Assembly (NCBI GenBank): GCA_965204745.1
Contig: OZ242010.1
Span: 4,768,001 to 4,832,000 of the forward strand
Direction of reading: 5' to 3'
Length of the DNA: 64,000 nt
From: Candidatus Latescibacterota bacterium
Lineage (GTDB): Bacteria > Latescibacterota > UBA2968
Shown here one piece after another: positions 29,067-39,294 of the stretch. The translations under genes were made by a program, and so were the position numbers. The notes under the pieces were generated by a model. That model worked only from the letters and a program-made list of their open reading frames with translations. It searched no databases and was not told the DNA's origin. Positions within the stretch are counted from its first letter, which is position 1. Each line of letters opens with the position of its first letter.

Positions 29067-29530
29067 TGAATCAGATGGGTATGGAAAAGATCCAGGACGC
29101 GGAAAGAAGGGCATTTTTGACGCAGACCCTCGCGCTCGTGGGCGGGTGCATGTGCGCTGGCTGGATTGCGGGTTGTGAAACCGATGTGTTGAAATCGTCC
29201 GATGTGGCCGAGCGGTTTGACGTGTCGAGCGAACCCGCGTTGTCAGAGGTGGGCGGCGCAGTCAAACGCATTTTTGAGGGTCAGGACAACCCCGTGATCA
29301 TCATCCGCTTGTCAGAAGAATCGTTTTTGGTTTTGAGTTCCCTGTGTACCCATCAAGCCTGTGAGGTGAATTTGCCGGGCGAGGGCGATCCGCAAATTTG
29401 GTGCCCGTGTCACGGCGCGTTATTTGACAGAACAACGGGCGCGGTTCTGCGGGGGCCGGCAACAGCACCCTTGCCGCGATTCGAGAACACGTATAACAAA
29501 GGGACGCAACTCTTGACGATTCAGTTTTAG
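29066..29530 (+). CDS. Rieske [2Fe-2S] protein, probable Tat lipoprotein
   Basis: RRAFL, IAGC, CTHQAC and CPCHGALF, GPA..PL. Confidence 0.88.
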   Translation: MNQMGMEKIQDAERRAFLTQTLALVGGCMCAGWIAGCETDVLKSSDVAERFDVSSEPALSEVGGAVKRIFEGQDNPVIIIRLSEESFLVLSSLCTHQACEVNLPGEGDPQIWCPCHGALFDRTTGAVLRGPATAPLPRFENTYNKGTQLLTIQF

Positions 29531-29556
29531 GCATCCCCTTAGAATACACGACAAAA

Positions 29557-29690
29557 GGCAGTGGTCAGTAGTCAGTCCCCGCCCTGCCCAACCCCTTCGG
29601 TGAGACGTAAGACGGGAGAGGCAAGAAACAGGTGCCAATCGGCCAGGGGTCAGGGGTCAGTAGTCAGTCCCTACCCAACCCCTCAACCGT
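29557..29690. repeat. Heptamer-rich intergenic repeat
   Basis: GTGGTCA/GTAGTCA, GTGAGAC/GTAAGAC and GGGGTCA units; related to the reverse complement of about 2250-2285. Confidence 0.7.
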
Positions 29691-29710
29691 TGCGAACTTC
29701 GATGTTCAAT

Positions 29711-29750
29711 AAAAAAGCCGATCCGTAGATGATTTGGATCGGCTTTTCGT
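29711..29750. terminator. Bidirectional terminator between convergent genes
   Basis: AAAAAAGCCGATCC...GGATCGGCTTTT. Confidence 0.75.
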
Positions 29751-29771
29751 TTGGGCAAGGGGCACGTCGCG

Positions 29772-30662
29772 CTACATCAATTTTTTTCGTTTGGCGAGAT
29801 AATTAAAAAGGGCCGTGTCAAAGGATTCGGAGGTTTCGAGGAGCACGTAGTCGATGAGGGCCTCGCGGCATTCGCGCCGAAACCGGTCGATGAGGGCTTC
29901 CATGTGATCCCGATACGCAGGCGCGAGATGCCATGGCTCGGTGGCGATTTGCGCGCCGGACTCGAGATCCACAAAGCGCGTCTCGCGGTCAAAATTGAGA
30001 TCGCGTTCTCGCGGGTCGAGCACATGAAAAACGATCACCTCGTGGTTGCGATGGCGAAAGTGCTTCAGGCCAGTGAGCAAGCGATCTGGATCGTCAAAAA
30101 GATCGGAGATGACCACAACGAGGCCGCGCCGAACAATGCGCTCGGCCAAGTCGTGAAACGCAGCGGCGAGGTCCGTATCCGCGCCTTCGGGACGGGTAGT
30201 TTGAAGCGCGGTCAGCAAGGCGTGCAAATGACTCGCGACAGAGCGGGGCGGCAAATACGTGCGGATCTGATCGTCAAACGCGATCAACCCAACCGCATCG
30301 CGCTGCCGCAACATGAGATGGGCAAGGGCCGCCGCGACATACGATGCGTATTGGAACTTCGCAATCGACCCCGAGCCATAGGCCATAGACGCGCTGGCGT
30401 CGATGAGGAGATGGGATTTGAGATTGGTCTCCTCCTCGTATTGTTTCACATAGAGCCGGTCGGTTTTGCCAAACACCTTCCAATCCAAATCGCGTAGCGA
30501 ATCCCCCGGCATGTATTGTCGGTATTCCGAAAACTCGACCGAAAACCCGTGATAAGGGCTTTGGTGCAACCCGGTGATAAATCCCTCCACCACCATCCGC
30601 GCAATCAAATCGAGCCGCGACAACCGCGAAACGACTTCCGGGTTTAGATATTCTTTCGTCAT
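29772..30662 (-). CDS. DUF58 family protein (VWA-like MoxR partner)
   Basis: G.H.SPYHGFSVEFSEYRQY.PGD..R.LDWKV, YVKQYEEETN, ISD. Confidence 0.88.
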   Translation of the reverse strand: MTKEYLNPEVVSRLSRLDLIARMVVEGFITGLHQSPYHGFSVEFSEYRQYMPGDSLRDLDWKVFGKTDRLYVKQYEEETNLKSHLLIDASASMAYGSGSIAKFQYASYVAAALAHLMLRQRDAVGLIAFDDQIRTYLPPRSVASHLHALLTALQTTRPEGADTDLAAAFHDLAERIVRRGLVVVISDLFDDPDRLLTGLKHFRHRNHEVIVFHVLDPRERDLNFDRETRFVDLESGAQIATEPWHLAPAYRDHMEALIDRFRRECREALIDYVLLETSESFDTALFNYLAKRKKLM

Positions 30663-30673
30663 GATGAGACCGC

Positions 30674-30886
30674 TTAGCAATAAAGTTTTCCTTCTTTTTG
30701 CAATTCTGCGCGTATTTCAGCGTATTCCCGAAAGCTAGTAGCCGTTTCAACCGCCCTATCCAAATCCAAGGCGTCTTCTAAATCCTGAAGCCGTTGCATC
30801 AGGGCGCGATAATCCTTCATGGACAGAACGGTTGCTGTTTTCCGCCCCTTTTCATCGACGACGTATTTCGGCTTGATATCGAGCAT
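30674..30886 (-). CDS. Small putative antitoxin, no adjacent toxin
   Basis: YVVDEKGRKTATVLSMKDY..L...LQDLEDALDL pattern; RBS AGGAGG. Confidence 0.6.
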   Translation of the reverse strand: MLDIKPKYVVDEKGRKTATVLSMKDYRALMQRLQDLEDALDLDRAVETATSFREYAEIRAELQKEGKLYC

Positions 30887-30907
30887 CTTCGGCCTCCTTG
30901 TATCTTA

Positions 30908-31013
30908 GGGCGAGCACGGGGGCGTCGCCCCTACACATATCGCTCACCTTTTGTGCCTTTTGTGCCTTTGAACTGGCTATCGCCAGTTGTACCCCGCTCG
31001 TGGCTAAAATCCC
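30908..31013 (-). repeat. Composite REP-like element, copy 4
   Basis: Reverse complement carries the palindrome, the GGCACAAAA nonamers and GTAGGGGCGACGCCCCCGTGCTCGCCC. Confidence 0.88.
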
Positions 31014-31027
31014 ATCTTACTCGCTGT

Positions 31028-32218
31028 TCACCATCCCGCCGCGTGGAACAACCAGCCTGCAACCGCGCCGCCGATCACCAGCCACACCGCGCCTACGCCG
31101 CGCCACAATCCCAAAATCGCCGCGCCGATTGCGATGATTATCTTGGGCAAGCCTTCTAGCGTCAAGGAATCAAACACCTGAAAATAGGCCAGTTCTATGG
31201 TCACAGCGGCCATCACCCCCACGGCACACACATTGACCGCGTCTAAAAAAGACGCCACCCATTGGGATTCGCGCAGTCGGGGCAACACCGGATTTAGGGC
31301 CGCCACAAACGCGAACGACGGCAAAAAAATCGCGCCGGCCGCAACGAGTGCCCACGACAACTTGCCCCCGCTGACCAGATACCCGATGAACGCCGCCGTG
31401 GATAACACCGGGCCGGGCGTAAATTGACCGATGGCAATGGCCTCCAGCAGTTGTTCTTGCGTCAGCCACGCATAGCCATGCACGAGTTCTTCTTCCAAAA
31501 ACGCGATGAGCACATAGCCACTGCCGTAGAGAATCGCGCCAATTTTCAGAAAAAACAACCCCAGTGCCCACAGGGTCGGCGCGCCCACCAAAGCCCCTTG
31601 ACTCGCCAGCATCGACACGCCCGTACCCGCCACTGGCACCGCGATCACCGCCATGTGTCCTCGGTCGTTTGACTGCGTCATTCGCAACCAGAACATCCCT
31701 ATGATCCCCCCGCCGATGAGGGCGAGCACCCCGCTAAAATCCGTGAGGGCCACCAGCGTCACCGCCACGCCCAAAAAGCTCATGCGCCACCCCTTGACAG
31801 CCTTTTGCCCCAACCGCCACAGCGCGCCCAAAATAACGGCCAAGACCGCGGGCTTAATGCCGTAAAGCAAATCCGCAACCTGCGGGATCGCGCCATACGT
31901 CATATACGCCCAGGCGAGCAGGGTCGTCAAAGAAACAGCGGGGACGATAAAACACGCGCCGGCCAGCAACAACCCCGGCCAACCGCCGCGCAAGAACCCC
32001 AGGTGAATCGCCATCTCGGTCGAATTTGGCCCGGGGATAATGCTCGTCACGCCCACGAGATCCAAAAACCGCTCGCGCGACAACCACCTGCGCTTTTCGA
32101 CCACCTCGTCTTCCATCAACGCGATATGCGCGGCCGGCCCGCCAAACCCGATCACGCCCAACTTCAAAAACAGGCCCGCGATCTCGCGCAACCGCCCCGT
32201 GCGTTTTTCATTTGCCAT
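31028..32218 (-). CDS. chrA: Chromate efflux transporter (CHR family)
   Basis: FLKLG.IGFGGPAAHI, PGPNSTEMAI, GSGYVL, GQFTPGP. Confidence 0.9.
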   Translation of the reverse strand: MANEKRTGRLREIAGLFLKLGVIGFGGPAAHIALMEDEVVEKRRWLSRERFLDLVGVTSIIPGPNSTEMAIHLGFLRGGWPGLLLAGACFIVPAVSLTTLLAWAYMTYGAIPQVADLLYGIKPAVLAVILGALWRLGQKAVKGWRMSFLGVAVTLVALTDFSGVLALIGGGIIGMFWLRMTQSNDRGHMAVIAVPVAGTGVSMLASQGALVGAPTLWALGLFFLKIGAILYGSGYVLIAFLEEELVHGYAWLTQEQLLEAIAIGQFTPGPVLSTAAFIGYLVSGGKLSWALVAAGAIFLPSFAFVAALNPVLPRLRESQWVASFLDAVNVCAVGVMAAVTIELAYFQVFDSLTLEGLPKIIIAIGAAILGLWRGVGAVWLVIGGAVAGWLFHAAGW

Positions 32219-32232
32219 ACAAATCCTCGCTC

Positions 32233-33606
32233 TCAACGGGAACTGCAAACAGCATCCACCACGTCGCAAAGCACTTGCAAACCGTCTTCAAGTGCGTCTC
32301 GTGTAATCGTCAATGGCGGCGCGATTTTCACGGTTTGCCCCCACGCGCCCACAGGGGCAAAAAACAGCAACCCCTTGTGAAAACAGCGCAGCACAATCTC
32401 GTGCGCCAAATCCGGATCCGGTTTTTTGCGACCGGCTTTGACCAGTTGCATCCCGCCCACCAGGCCCTTGCACGTCACATGCCCGACCACATCCGGATGC
32501 GCGTCTCGAATTTTTTGGATGCCGTTCATCAACACCGCCTCGAGCCGCGCCGCATTGCCCGTCAGATCGTCGTCGACAATTTTCTTCAAACTCGCCAACG
32601 CCGCCGCGCAACAAACCGGATTGCCCGAATGCGTGCTCGTCATCGACCCGGGGGGATATGCGTCCATAATCTCGGCCCTGCCGATCACGCCCGACAACGG
32701 CAACGAACTGCTCACCCCCTTGCCAAAACAGATCAAATCCGGCACCACGCCGTAATGCACAAACCCCCACATCTTACCCGTGCGCCCGAATCCGGACTGC
32801 ACCTCGTCGAAAATCAACAATGCCCCGTGCGCCTTGCACCACTCGGCCAAAGCCTGCACGTACGCCACCGGCGCGAAATCCGGCCCCACGCCTTGATACG
32901 ATTCCAACATCACCCCGCACACATCGTCCGCGTCCATCCCCTTGTGGGCGAGGGAAGCACAAAAAAAATCAAAATCCACATTTTCCGTCCAATACCCGTC
33001 CGGAAACGGCACTTGCACAATCGCGGGGTCTTCGTTTCCCATCCAATCCTTTTGCCCGGGGATGCCGCCGACTTGTTGCGCGCCCAGGGTGCGCCCGTGA
33101 AACCCGCGTTCAAATCCCACAAACCCGATCTTCTTCTCGCCCCCGGTCGCAATGCCATGCGTGCGCGCCAACTTCAGCGCGTTCTCCGTGCTTTCAGATC
33201 CGGTCGTCAGCAGAAAAACCTTGTCCAACCCATCGGGTGCCAGGTCCGCCAAAAACGCCACGAGCCGCGCCCGCTCCGCGCTTGGAAATACGTAATTGTG
33301 CAACAAGCCCCGGTTCACCTGATCCACGATAGCCAGCCGAATTTCGGGCATCCCATGCCCGGCATTGGTAACCAAAACGCCCGAACTCCAATCGAGCCAC
33401 ATATTGCCGTATTTGTCGTACACCTGACAATCCTCTGCGCGATCCCACACGAGCGGCGGTTGCCCGCGCATGGAAATGGGTTCAACCCGGTGTAGCGTTT
33501 CCAATACGGTCACCGAATCCGGATGGGGCAATGGCGTCACAATCCGCCGATACTTCGTCTCGATCCGCGGCACATCAACGGGCGTCATATCAAATTCTTT
33601 TCCCAT
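32233..33606 (-). CDS. Class III PLP aminotransferase (GabT/ArgD-like)
   Basis: TGSESTENA, FHGRT, LIFDEVQSGFGRTG, PDLICFGKG, THSGNP. Confidence 0.9.
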   Translation of the reverse strand: MGKEFDMTPVDVPRIETKYRRIVTPLPHPDSVTVLETLHRVEPISMRGQPPLVWDRAEDCQVYDKYGNMWLDWSSGVLVTNAGHGMPEIRLAIVDQVNRGLLHNYVFPSAERARLVAFLADLAPDGLDKVFLLTTGSESTENALKLARTHGIATGGEKKIGFVGFERGFHGRTLGAQQVGGIPGQKDWMGNEDPAIVQVPFPDGYWTENVDFDFFCASLAHKGMDADDVCGVMLESYQGVGPDFAPVAYVQALAEWCKAHGALLIFDEVQSGFGRTGKMWGFVHYGVVPDLICFGKGVSSSLPLSGVIGRAEIMDAYPPGSMTSTHSGNPVCCAAALASLKKIVDDDLTGNAARLEAVLMNGIQKIRDAHPDVVGHVTCKGLVGGMQLVKAGRKKPDPDLAHEIVLRCFHKGLLFFAPVGAWGQTVKIAPPLTITRDALEDGLQVLCDVVDAVCSSR

Positions 33607-33614
33607 CGCAACTC

Positions 33615-33830
33615 CAGTAGTTAGTCCGCCCCGCCCGTCCGCCTCCCGAAAGTGAGACGTAAGACGTAAGAGGGGAGAGGGAGAGGCCCACCCACCTACC
33701 CGCCCGCCGCCGGAATGACAAATGGCGGTAGGGTGGAAGCGGGGACTGACAACTGACCGCTGACAACTGACAACTGCCTTTTGCCTCTTACCTCTCCCTT
33801 CTTACCTCTTACCGCCTCTTACCTCTTACC
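33615..33830. repeat. Long heptamer-rich intergenic tract
   Basis: GTGAGAC/GTAAGAC, CTGACAA and CCTCTTA units in both orientations. Confidence 0.8.
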
Positions 33831-35550
33831 GCCTTTCGGCTTTCTCTGCCAGCACTCGTTCTACCACCTGATCCAAAGCCACATCCACGCGGTCATCGAC
33901 ATTTCGCAACTTGAGTTCCACTTGGCCTTTGCTCAGGCCGCGCGAGCCTACGGTTAGCCGAATGGGAATGCCGATCAGGTCCGCGTCGTTGAACTTGACC
34001 CCTGCGCGTTCATCGCGGTCGTCGAGCAACACCTCTAGCCCGGCGGCGGTGAGGGCATCGTACAACTCCTCTGCGGCTTCCAATTCGCCTGCGGGTTTGC
34101 GCCCCGTGAGCACCACGATCTCCACGTCAAACGGCGCGACGGACATGGGCCAAACAATGCCGTGGTCGTCGTGATGGGCTTCGATAATGCACGCGAGCAA
34201 CCTGCCCACGCCAATGCCGTAACACCCCATCACAAGGGGACGCGCTTTGCCGTTTTCATCCAGCACGGTCGCGCCCATGCTGTCGCTGTACTTCGTGCCG
34301 AGTTTGAAGATATTGCCCACCTCGATGCCGCGCGTGCTGTCGAGCGGCGTGCCGCATTTCGGGCAGGGCATGCCTTGGTCCACCGCGACGAGGTCCGTGA
34401 CGATATCCGCCTCAAAATCCCGGCCCGCATTGACATTCAAGCAGTGGTACCCGTGCTCATTCGCGCCCGATACGAAATTCGCGCCCTGTGCGATGGCCTC
34501 ATCCACCACCACGAGCGCGTCTGTCACGGCCATGGCAGACGCATAGCCAGGCACTGCGCCGACCCCTTGGATCTCTCCGTCCGTTGCCGGGCGCAATGTC
34601 TGTGCCTTGACGGCATTGGTCAACTTGGTCTCGTTCAACTCGCAATCGCCGCGCACCAGCGCAAAAATGAACTTTTCCTCGCCCGCGATTGTGGCACTAA
34701 AAAACACGGCTTTGGCGGTCTTGTGCTGCGGCACGTTCAAAAATGCCGCCACGTCTTCGATGGTCTTGCAGTTGGGCGTCGCCACTTTCTCGACGGGCTT
34801 CGCGCTTTCGGGGGCCACCGCTTCCCGCCGATGCGTTGCCACTTGCCGATTGGCATTGTACCCGCAGCTATCACACAGGAGCAGGGTGTCTTCGCCGCCC
34901 GCGTTGATGTACATAAATTCGTGCGCCTCGGTGCCGCCCATCATGCCCGGATCGCTTTCGACCACAATGACATGCTCGCCCAATCCCGCACGCTCAAATA
35001 CCCGCTGATACGCTTCGTACATGCGCGGATAATAAGCGTCTAAACTCGCCTGATCAATGTGAAAGCTATACCCGTCTTTCATCGTAAATTCGCGCACCCG
35101 AATCAAGCCCCCGCGGCTGCGCGGTTCGTCTCGGAACTTGGTCTGGAGCTGAAAGGTGCTCAACGGCAGTTGGCGATAGCTGTGCGCGATGTGGCGCGCC
35201 AAATCCGTGACCACTTCCTCGTGCGTCATCGCCAAACACATGTCGCGGTCGCCGCGGTCTTTCATCCGCATCATTTCCGGCCCCACGTCGTCCCAGCGCC
35301 CGCTCTCGCGCCAGAGTTCCGCGGGATGCACCACGGGCATGGAAATTTCAAAGCAATCTGCCCGTGCCATTTCCTCGCGCAAGATGTGTTCGATCTTGTG
35401 CTTGACGCGCAATCCCAGCGGCAAATAGCTGAATATGCCCGCGGCCAAAGGCCGAATCAATCCGGCCCGCAATGCCAACCGATGGCTGATCGCGTCCGCA
35501 TCTGCCGGCACCTCGCGCAATGTTTGTGTCAACAATTGAGAATAACGCAT
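33826..35550 (-). CDS. proS: Proline-tRNA ligase (with editing domain)
   Basis: ESGRW, THEEV, KFRDEPRSRGGLIRVREF.MKD, GIEVGNIFKLGTKYS, MGCYGIGV, GVKFNDADLIG. Confidence 0.96.
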   Translation of the reverse strand: MRYSQLLTQTLREVPADADAISHRLALRAGLIRPLAAGIFSYLPLGLRVKHKIEHILREEMARADCFEISMPVVHPAELWRESGRWDDVGPEMMRMKDRGDRDMCLAMTHEEVVTDLARHIAHSYRQLPLSTFQLQTKFRDEPRSRGGLIRVREFTMKDGYSFHIDQASLDAYYPRMYEAYQRVFERAGLGEHVIVVESDPGMMGGTEAHEFMYINAGGEDTLLLCDSCGYNANRQVATHRREAVAPESAKPVEKVATPNCKTIEDVAAFLNVPQHKTAKAVFFSATIAGEEKFIFALVRGDCELNETKLTNAVKAQTLRPATDGEIQGVGAVPGYASAMAVTDALVVVDEAIAQGANFVSGANEHGYHCLNVNAGRDFEADIVTDLVAVDQGMPCPKCGTPLDSTRGIEVGNIFKLGTKYSDSMGATVLDENGKARPLVMGCYGIGVGRLLACIIEAHHDDHGIVWPMSVAPFDVEIVVLTGRKPAGELEAAEELYDALTAAGLEVLLDDRDERAGVKFNDADLIGIPIRLTVGSRGLSKGQVELKLRNVDDRVDVALDQVVERVLAEKAERR

Positions 35551-35551
35551 C

Positions 35552-36427
35552 TCACACCTCGCTTAAATTGTTTCGCCGCGCTCGTCCAATTTCGACGGCC
35601 AAGCCATCTTCGCCGACGATGACCTCGCCATCAAATCCCTCGCGGATCTGCTCGGCCATTCGGTACGCGGCTTCTAAATCGCCGGTGATATCTTCGATCA
35701 CCAGATGCTTGATCAACACGCATCGGGCGCGGGCCTCGGTTGCGATTGTTGCGATTTCCGGCGGGGTGATATGCCACGATCCCCACGGTTGCGTCGCCAA
35801 AAATTCAGCCGTGCCCGAACATTCGATAGACAGCAAATCCGCATCTCGGCAGAACGCGGGAAACGCGCTATCGGGCGTTCCGTCTCCGGTGATCACGACG
35901 CGGTGATCGCGGGCATCGACTCGGTACGCCAGCGTGGGAATGCCGCCGTGATCCGTGAATGTCGCGGACACGCGAAAATCCTCTGTGGTTAAAAACGCGC
36001 CTTTGTCGCCGATCTCGATGACTTCTGGATCCAACACCCCGTCGTCTTTTCCGTGCCCAATGCGGCTTTGGATATCCTGCTCAAAGGGCGGGCGGATCAC
36101 ATGCGCGACAAAGTGCTTTGTCCCCACAGGCCCGTAAATTTGCAAGGGTTTGGCGCGCACTTTCACCCACCCCACAAACACGAGATAGGGCACATCGACA
36201 ATGTGATCAAAATGCAGGTGCGTCAAAAACAGCCGATCCACCTCTTCGCAATGCACGCCTGCCCGCGCCAGATTCGTACACGCGGACCTGCCGCAGTCGA
36301 ACAGCCAGTTCTCAGTGCCGACTTGCAACAGTTGCGACGGCCCACCCCGATTCGGATTGTCCCGCACCGCACCACTGCCGAGCATCGTGTATCGCATCGC
36401 CAACTCCTCAAAAATACGACCCATCAA
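35552..36427 (-). CDS. MBL-fold metallo-hydrolase (RNase Z/AtsA-like)
   Basis: LFDCG, LFLTHLHFDH, ITGD, WHITP. The start may be 36397. Confidence 0.82.
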   Translation of the reverse strand: MMGRIFEELAMRYTMLGSGAVRDNPNRGGPSQLLQVGTENWLFDCGRSACTNLARAGVHCEEVDRLFLTHLHFDHIVDVPYLVFVGWVKVRAKPLQIYGPVGTKHFVAHVIRPPFEQDIQSRIGHGKDDGVLDPEVIEIGDKGAFLTTEDFRVSATFTDHGGIPTLAYRVDARDHRVVITGDGTPDSAFPAFCRDADLLSIECSGTAEFLATQPWGSWHITPPEIATIATEARARCVLIKHLVIEDITGDLEAAYRMAEQIREGFDGEVIVGEDGLAVEIGRARRNNLSEV

Positions 36428-37386
36428 AACGGGCCATTGACCGGGAACTCGGGTTTTTGACCGTTAAGCACGCGTGCGATGTCTGCGGCGACCATGGCCA
36501 TTTTTTGGATGGATTCGTCCGAGTGCCCGGAATAGTGGGGGGACAGGAGCACGTTGTCGAGTGCCAACAGGGGATTGTCGCAGGTGGCGGGTTCGCGTTC
36601 AAAAACGTCGATGATCGCGCCGCCAATGCGGTTGTTTTTCAGCGCGGTTGCGAGTGCGTTTTCATCCACGACCGGCCCCCGGCTGCAATTTGCTAAAATG
36701 GCGTGGGGGCGCATGCGGGCGAGGGTTGAGGCATCGATGAGGTGGTGCGTGCTGTCGAGGAGGGGCACGTTCAAGCTGATGTAGTCCGAGGCGGACAGGA
36801 GGGCGTCCAATGACACGCGGCGCGCTTTCAGGCGGCGTTCTTCTTTTGGCGGCGCGGGAAATTCGTCTGCGTAGATGACCGTCATGCCAAAGCCGAGGGC
36901 ACAGATTTCCGCGAGGCGGCGGCCAATGCGCCCAAACCCGACGATGCCCAGGGTCTTGCCGAGCAATTCGGCCGCGTGAACCCGGTCTCGAAACGCCCAG
37001 TCGCCGGACCGGGTCGCGGCATCGGCTTGGGCGATTTTGCGCGGCAGGGCGATAAACCCCATGGCGATGTATTCGGCGACCGCCTCGACCGGCGCGCTGG
37101 GCGTGTTGACCACGTAAATCCCGCGTTGGGTCGCCGCGTCAACGTCGATGTTGTCAACCCCAATGCCGTGCCGACCAATGACCTTGAGGCGCGGCGCCCG
37201 ATCCATGACCGTGCCGTCGATGATGCCCCGAGCGCGTGCGAGAATGCCATCTGCGTCTTTGACCGAGGCGATGATTTGATCGGGTTCAAATCCCTTGGCC
37301 CAGATGATCTCGCAGTCGTTTTCCAAGAGGTGGTTTTGCCCACAGGGATGGACGGCTTCAAAGAGCAGGACGTTGAATTTTGCCAA
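36424..37386 (-). CDS. D-2-hydroxyacid dehydrogenase (SerA-like)
   Basis: RHGIGVDNID, GIVGFGRIG, NCSRGPVVD, DVF..EP, SPH. Confidence 0.9.
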   Translation of the reverse strand: MAKFNVLLFEAVHPCGQNHLLENDCEIIWAKGFEPDQIIASVKDADGILARARGIIDGTVMDRAPRLKVIGRHGIGVDNIDVDAATQRGIYVVNTPSAPVEAVAEYIAMGFIALPRKIAQADAATRSGDWAFRDRVHAAELLGKTLGIVGFGRIGRRLAEICALGFGMTVIYADEFPAPPKEERRLKARRVSLDALLSASDYISLNVPLLDSTHHLIDASTLARMRPHAILANCSRGPVVDENALATALKNNRIGGAIIDVFEREPATCDNPLLALDNVLLSPHYSGHSDESIQKMAMVAADIARVLNGQKPEFPVNGPF

Positions 37387-37460
37387 GATGTGCTCCTTTC
37401 AAGGAGAAGAACCCCGTGCCTGTCCTCGTATCCGCTGACTCGATAGGCCGCGATCCATCC

Positions 37461-39008
37461 TTATGCGAGCGCGGTTTCAAATCCCACCACGTTGCGGGTC
37501 TCTCGGCTGAACGCGATGGCGATGAGATGAATCGGCTGGTTCAAAGCGCGGTACTTGTCTGCGTAGCGGTTCTCTTTGAGTTGCGCCATTGCGGCGCCCT
37601 CTGGAGCCGATTCGACCACTTTGAACTCGAACAAGTAGATGTTGTCGTTGAAGCGCACCGCCATGTCCAAACGCCCGTGGCTACTGCTGTCCTCCACGGC
37701 GATGTCCAATCCCACCGATGCGAAGTAGGAGTAGAACACGCTGGCGTAGTAGCCTTCGTAGTCGGCGATGTCGTTTTTCGTGTGCCACTGGTAGGGGATG
37801 CTGGCGAAGAATGCCTTGAACAAGTTCTCCAGACCGCCGAAGTCGTTGACCAGCAACAAGTCGTATAGACGGGCAATGTACTCCACCTGTTGCGCCGGGC
37901 TTTTCGTCAAGCGATTCAGCAAGCTCTCGTTCAGGCTCTGGCGCACTTCTTGGTTCGGGTAGCCCAGCCGGTAGTAGATTCTGCTACCGCGTGGTTCTAT
38001 ATGGCGGATGGTCAGATAGCCCGTCTGGAACAGCAGGGCTTCCGTGGCAATGAGGTCGATGTCGAAGGCCGACAGCAACTCGTCGCTGCCGAGCAGGTTG
38101 TCTAGGGTCAAGGCATTGACCCCGCGCGAGATCAGGGTCTCGATGAGGAACGTCGGCGTGCCCGTCTCGAACCAGTAGGCGCCGAACCGGCGCCTGTCAA
38201 ACAGCAGGAGGATGTCGAATGGGTTATAGACCCTCTCCTCCCCAAGCCAGCTATAGCCGTTGTACCAGTGGCGGATCTCGTCGCGGTCCAAACCCGGTAG
38301 CTCTGGCGCGAATACCGTATCCAAGTCCGCGTCGGTATAGCCGCAGATGGCCGAGTAGCGCTCGTCCAACGTGATGTCCTTGAGATTGTTGAGGCCGGAA
38401 AAGATGCTGACCTTGGAGAATTTGCTCACGCCGGTGAGGAACGCAAACTTGATGTGCGCGTCGGCGAACTTGATGGTCGCATACAACCCGCGCAGAAAGT
38501 TGCGGTTGGCGCGGGCGATTTCCGGATCTTCAAGCGCGTCTAAAATCGGCTTGTCGTACTCGTCGATCAGCACCGCGACGGGTCGCCCAGTCTGACGATG
38601 CAATGCCTCTATCAGATGGGCGAAACGCCCCGGAGCCGTGGCGTATTCGGAGGTTACTCGTTCTCGATATTCAATGGCGGCCAGTTGTTCCATGACGTTC
38701 GCCTGTAGGTGCTCCGGCAACCCATAGTCTCCGTTGCTGAAGTCGATCCGCACTACCGGATAGCGAACCGACCAATCCCAATGATCGTAGATGTCGAGCC
38801 CCTCAAACAGCGGCGCGTTGCCCTCGAACAATTCCTTCAGCGTGTCGAGGAACAGACTTTTGCCAAAGCGGCGCGGGCGCGCCAAAAAGAAATGGCTACC
38901 CTCATCCACCAATCGCCGCATGTAGGCGGTCTTATCGACATAGTAGCAATTTTCCTCTCGCATCTTGCGAAAGGTCTGAATGCCGATGGGCAGTTTGCGC
39001 TTGGTCAT
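37461..39008 (-). CDS. AAA-ATPase-like protein with C-terminal PD-(D/E)XK nuclease
   Basis: LPIGIQTF, YYVDKT, RPRRFGKS, LIDEYDKP, WYNGY, YNPF, GRLDM...FEFK. Confidence 0.9.
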   Translation of the reverse strand: MTKRKLPIGIQTFRKMREENCYYVDKTAYMRRLVDEGSHFFLARPRRFGKSLFLDTLKELFEGNAPLFEGLDIYDHWDWSVRYPVVRIDFSNGDYGLPEHLQANVMEQLAAIEYRERVTSEYATAPGRFAHLIEALHRQTGRPVAVLIDEYDKPILDALEDPEIARANRNFLRGLYATIKFADAHIKFAFLTGVSKFSKVSIFSGLNNLKDITLDERYSAICGYTDADLDTVFAPELPGLDRDEIRHWYNGYSWLGEERVYNPFDILLLFDRRRFGAYWFETGTPTFLIETLISRGVNALTLDNLLGSDELLSAFDIDLIATEALLFQTGYLTIRHIEPRGSRIYYRLGYPNQEVRQSLNESLLNRLTKSPAQQVEYIARLYDLLLVNDFGGLENLFKAFFASIPYQWHTKNDIADYEGYYASVFYSYFASVGLDIAVEDSSSHGRLDMAVRFNDNIYLFEFKVVESAPEGAAMAQLKENRYADKYRALNQPIHLIAIAFSRETRNVVGFETALA

Positions 39009-39148
39009 TGGCCCAGCCTCCAAGTAGAAAAATTGAAATACAGTGTATAGCAAGATCGGCAGTTTGTCAAGATGTGTGGCGTTTGATTTCTCCGCATTTC
39101 GCCTTGCCTCATTTTTCGGTTTTATATATATTGTGTCTCTCTTGAGGC

Positions 39149-39223
39149 GACCCCGTCGTTCAGTGGTTAGGACACCGGGTTTTCATCCCGGCAACGGGGG
39201 TTCGATTCCCCTCGGGGTCGCCA
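39149..39223 (+). tRNA. tRNA-Glu (anticodon TTC)
   Basis: Cloverleaf: acceptor GACCCCG/CGGGGTC, anticodon arm CCGGG-TTTTCAT-CCCGG, T-loop TTCGATT, encoded CCA. Confidence 0.96.
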
Positions 39224-39294
39224 TTATCTCGAATCTGCGAGGGTCGTGAAATGGCGAATGTTTCATGACCCTGTTTTTTTGCAAAGGAGTTCCC

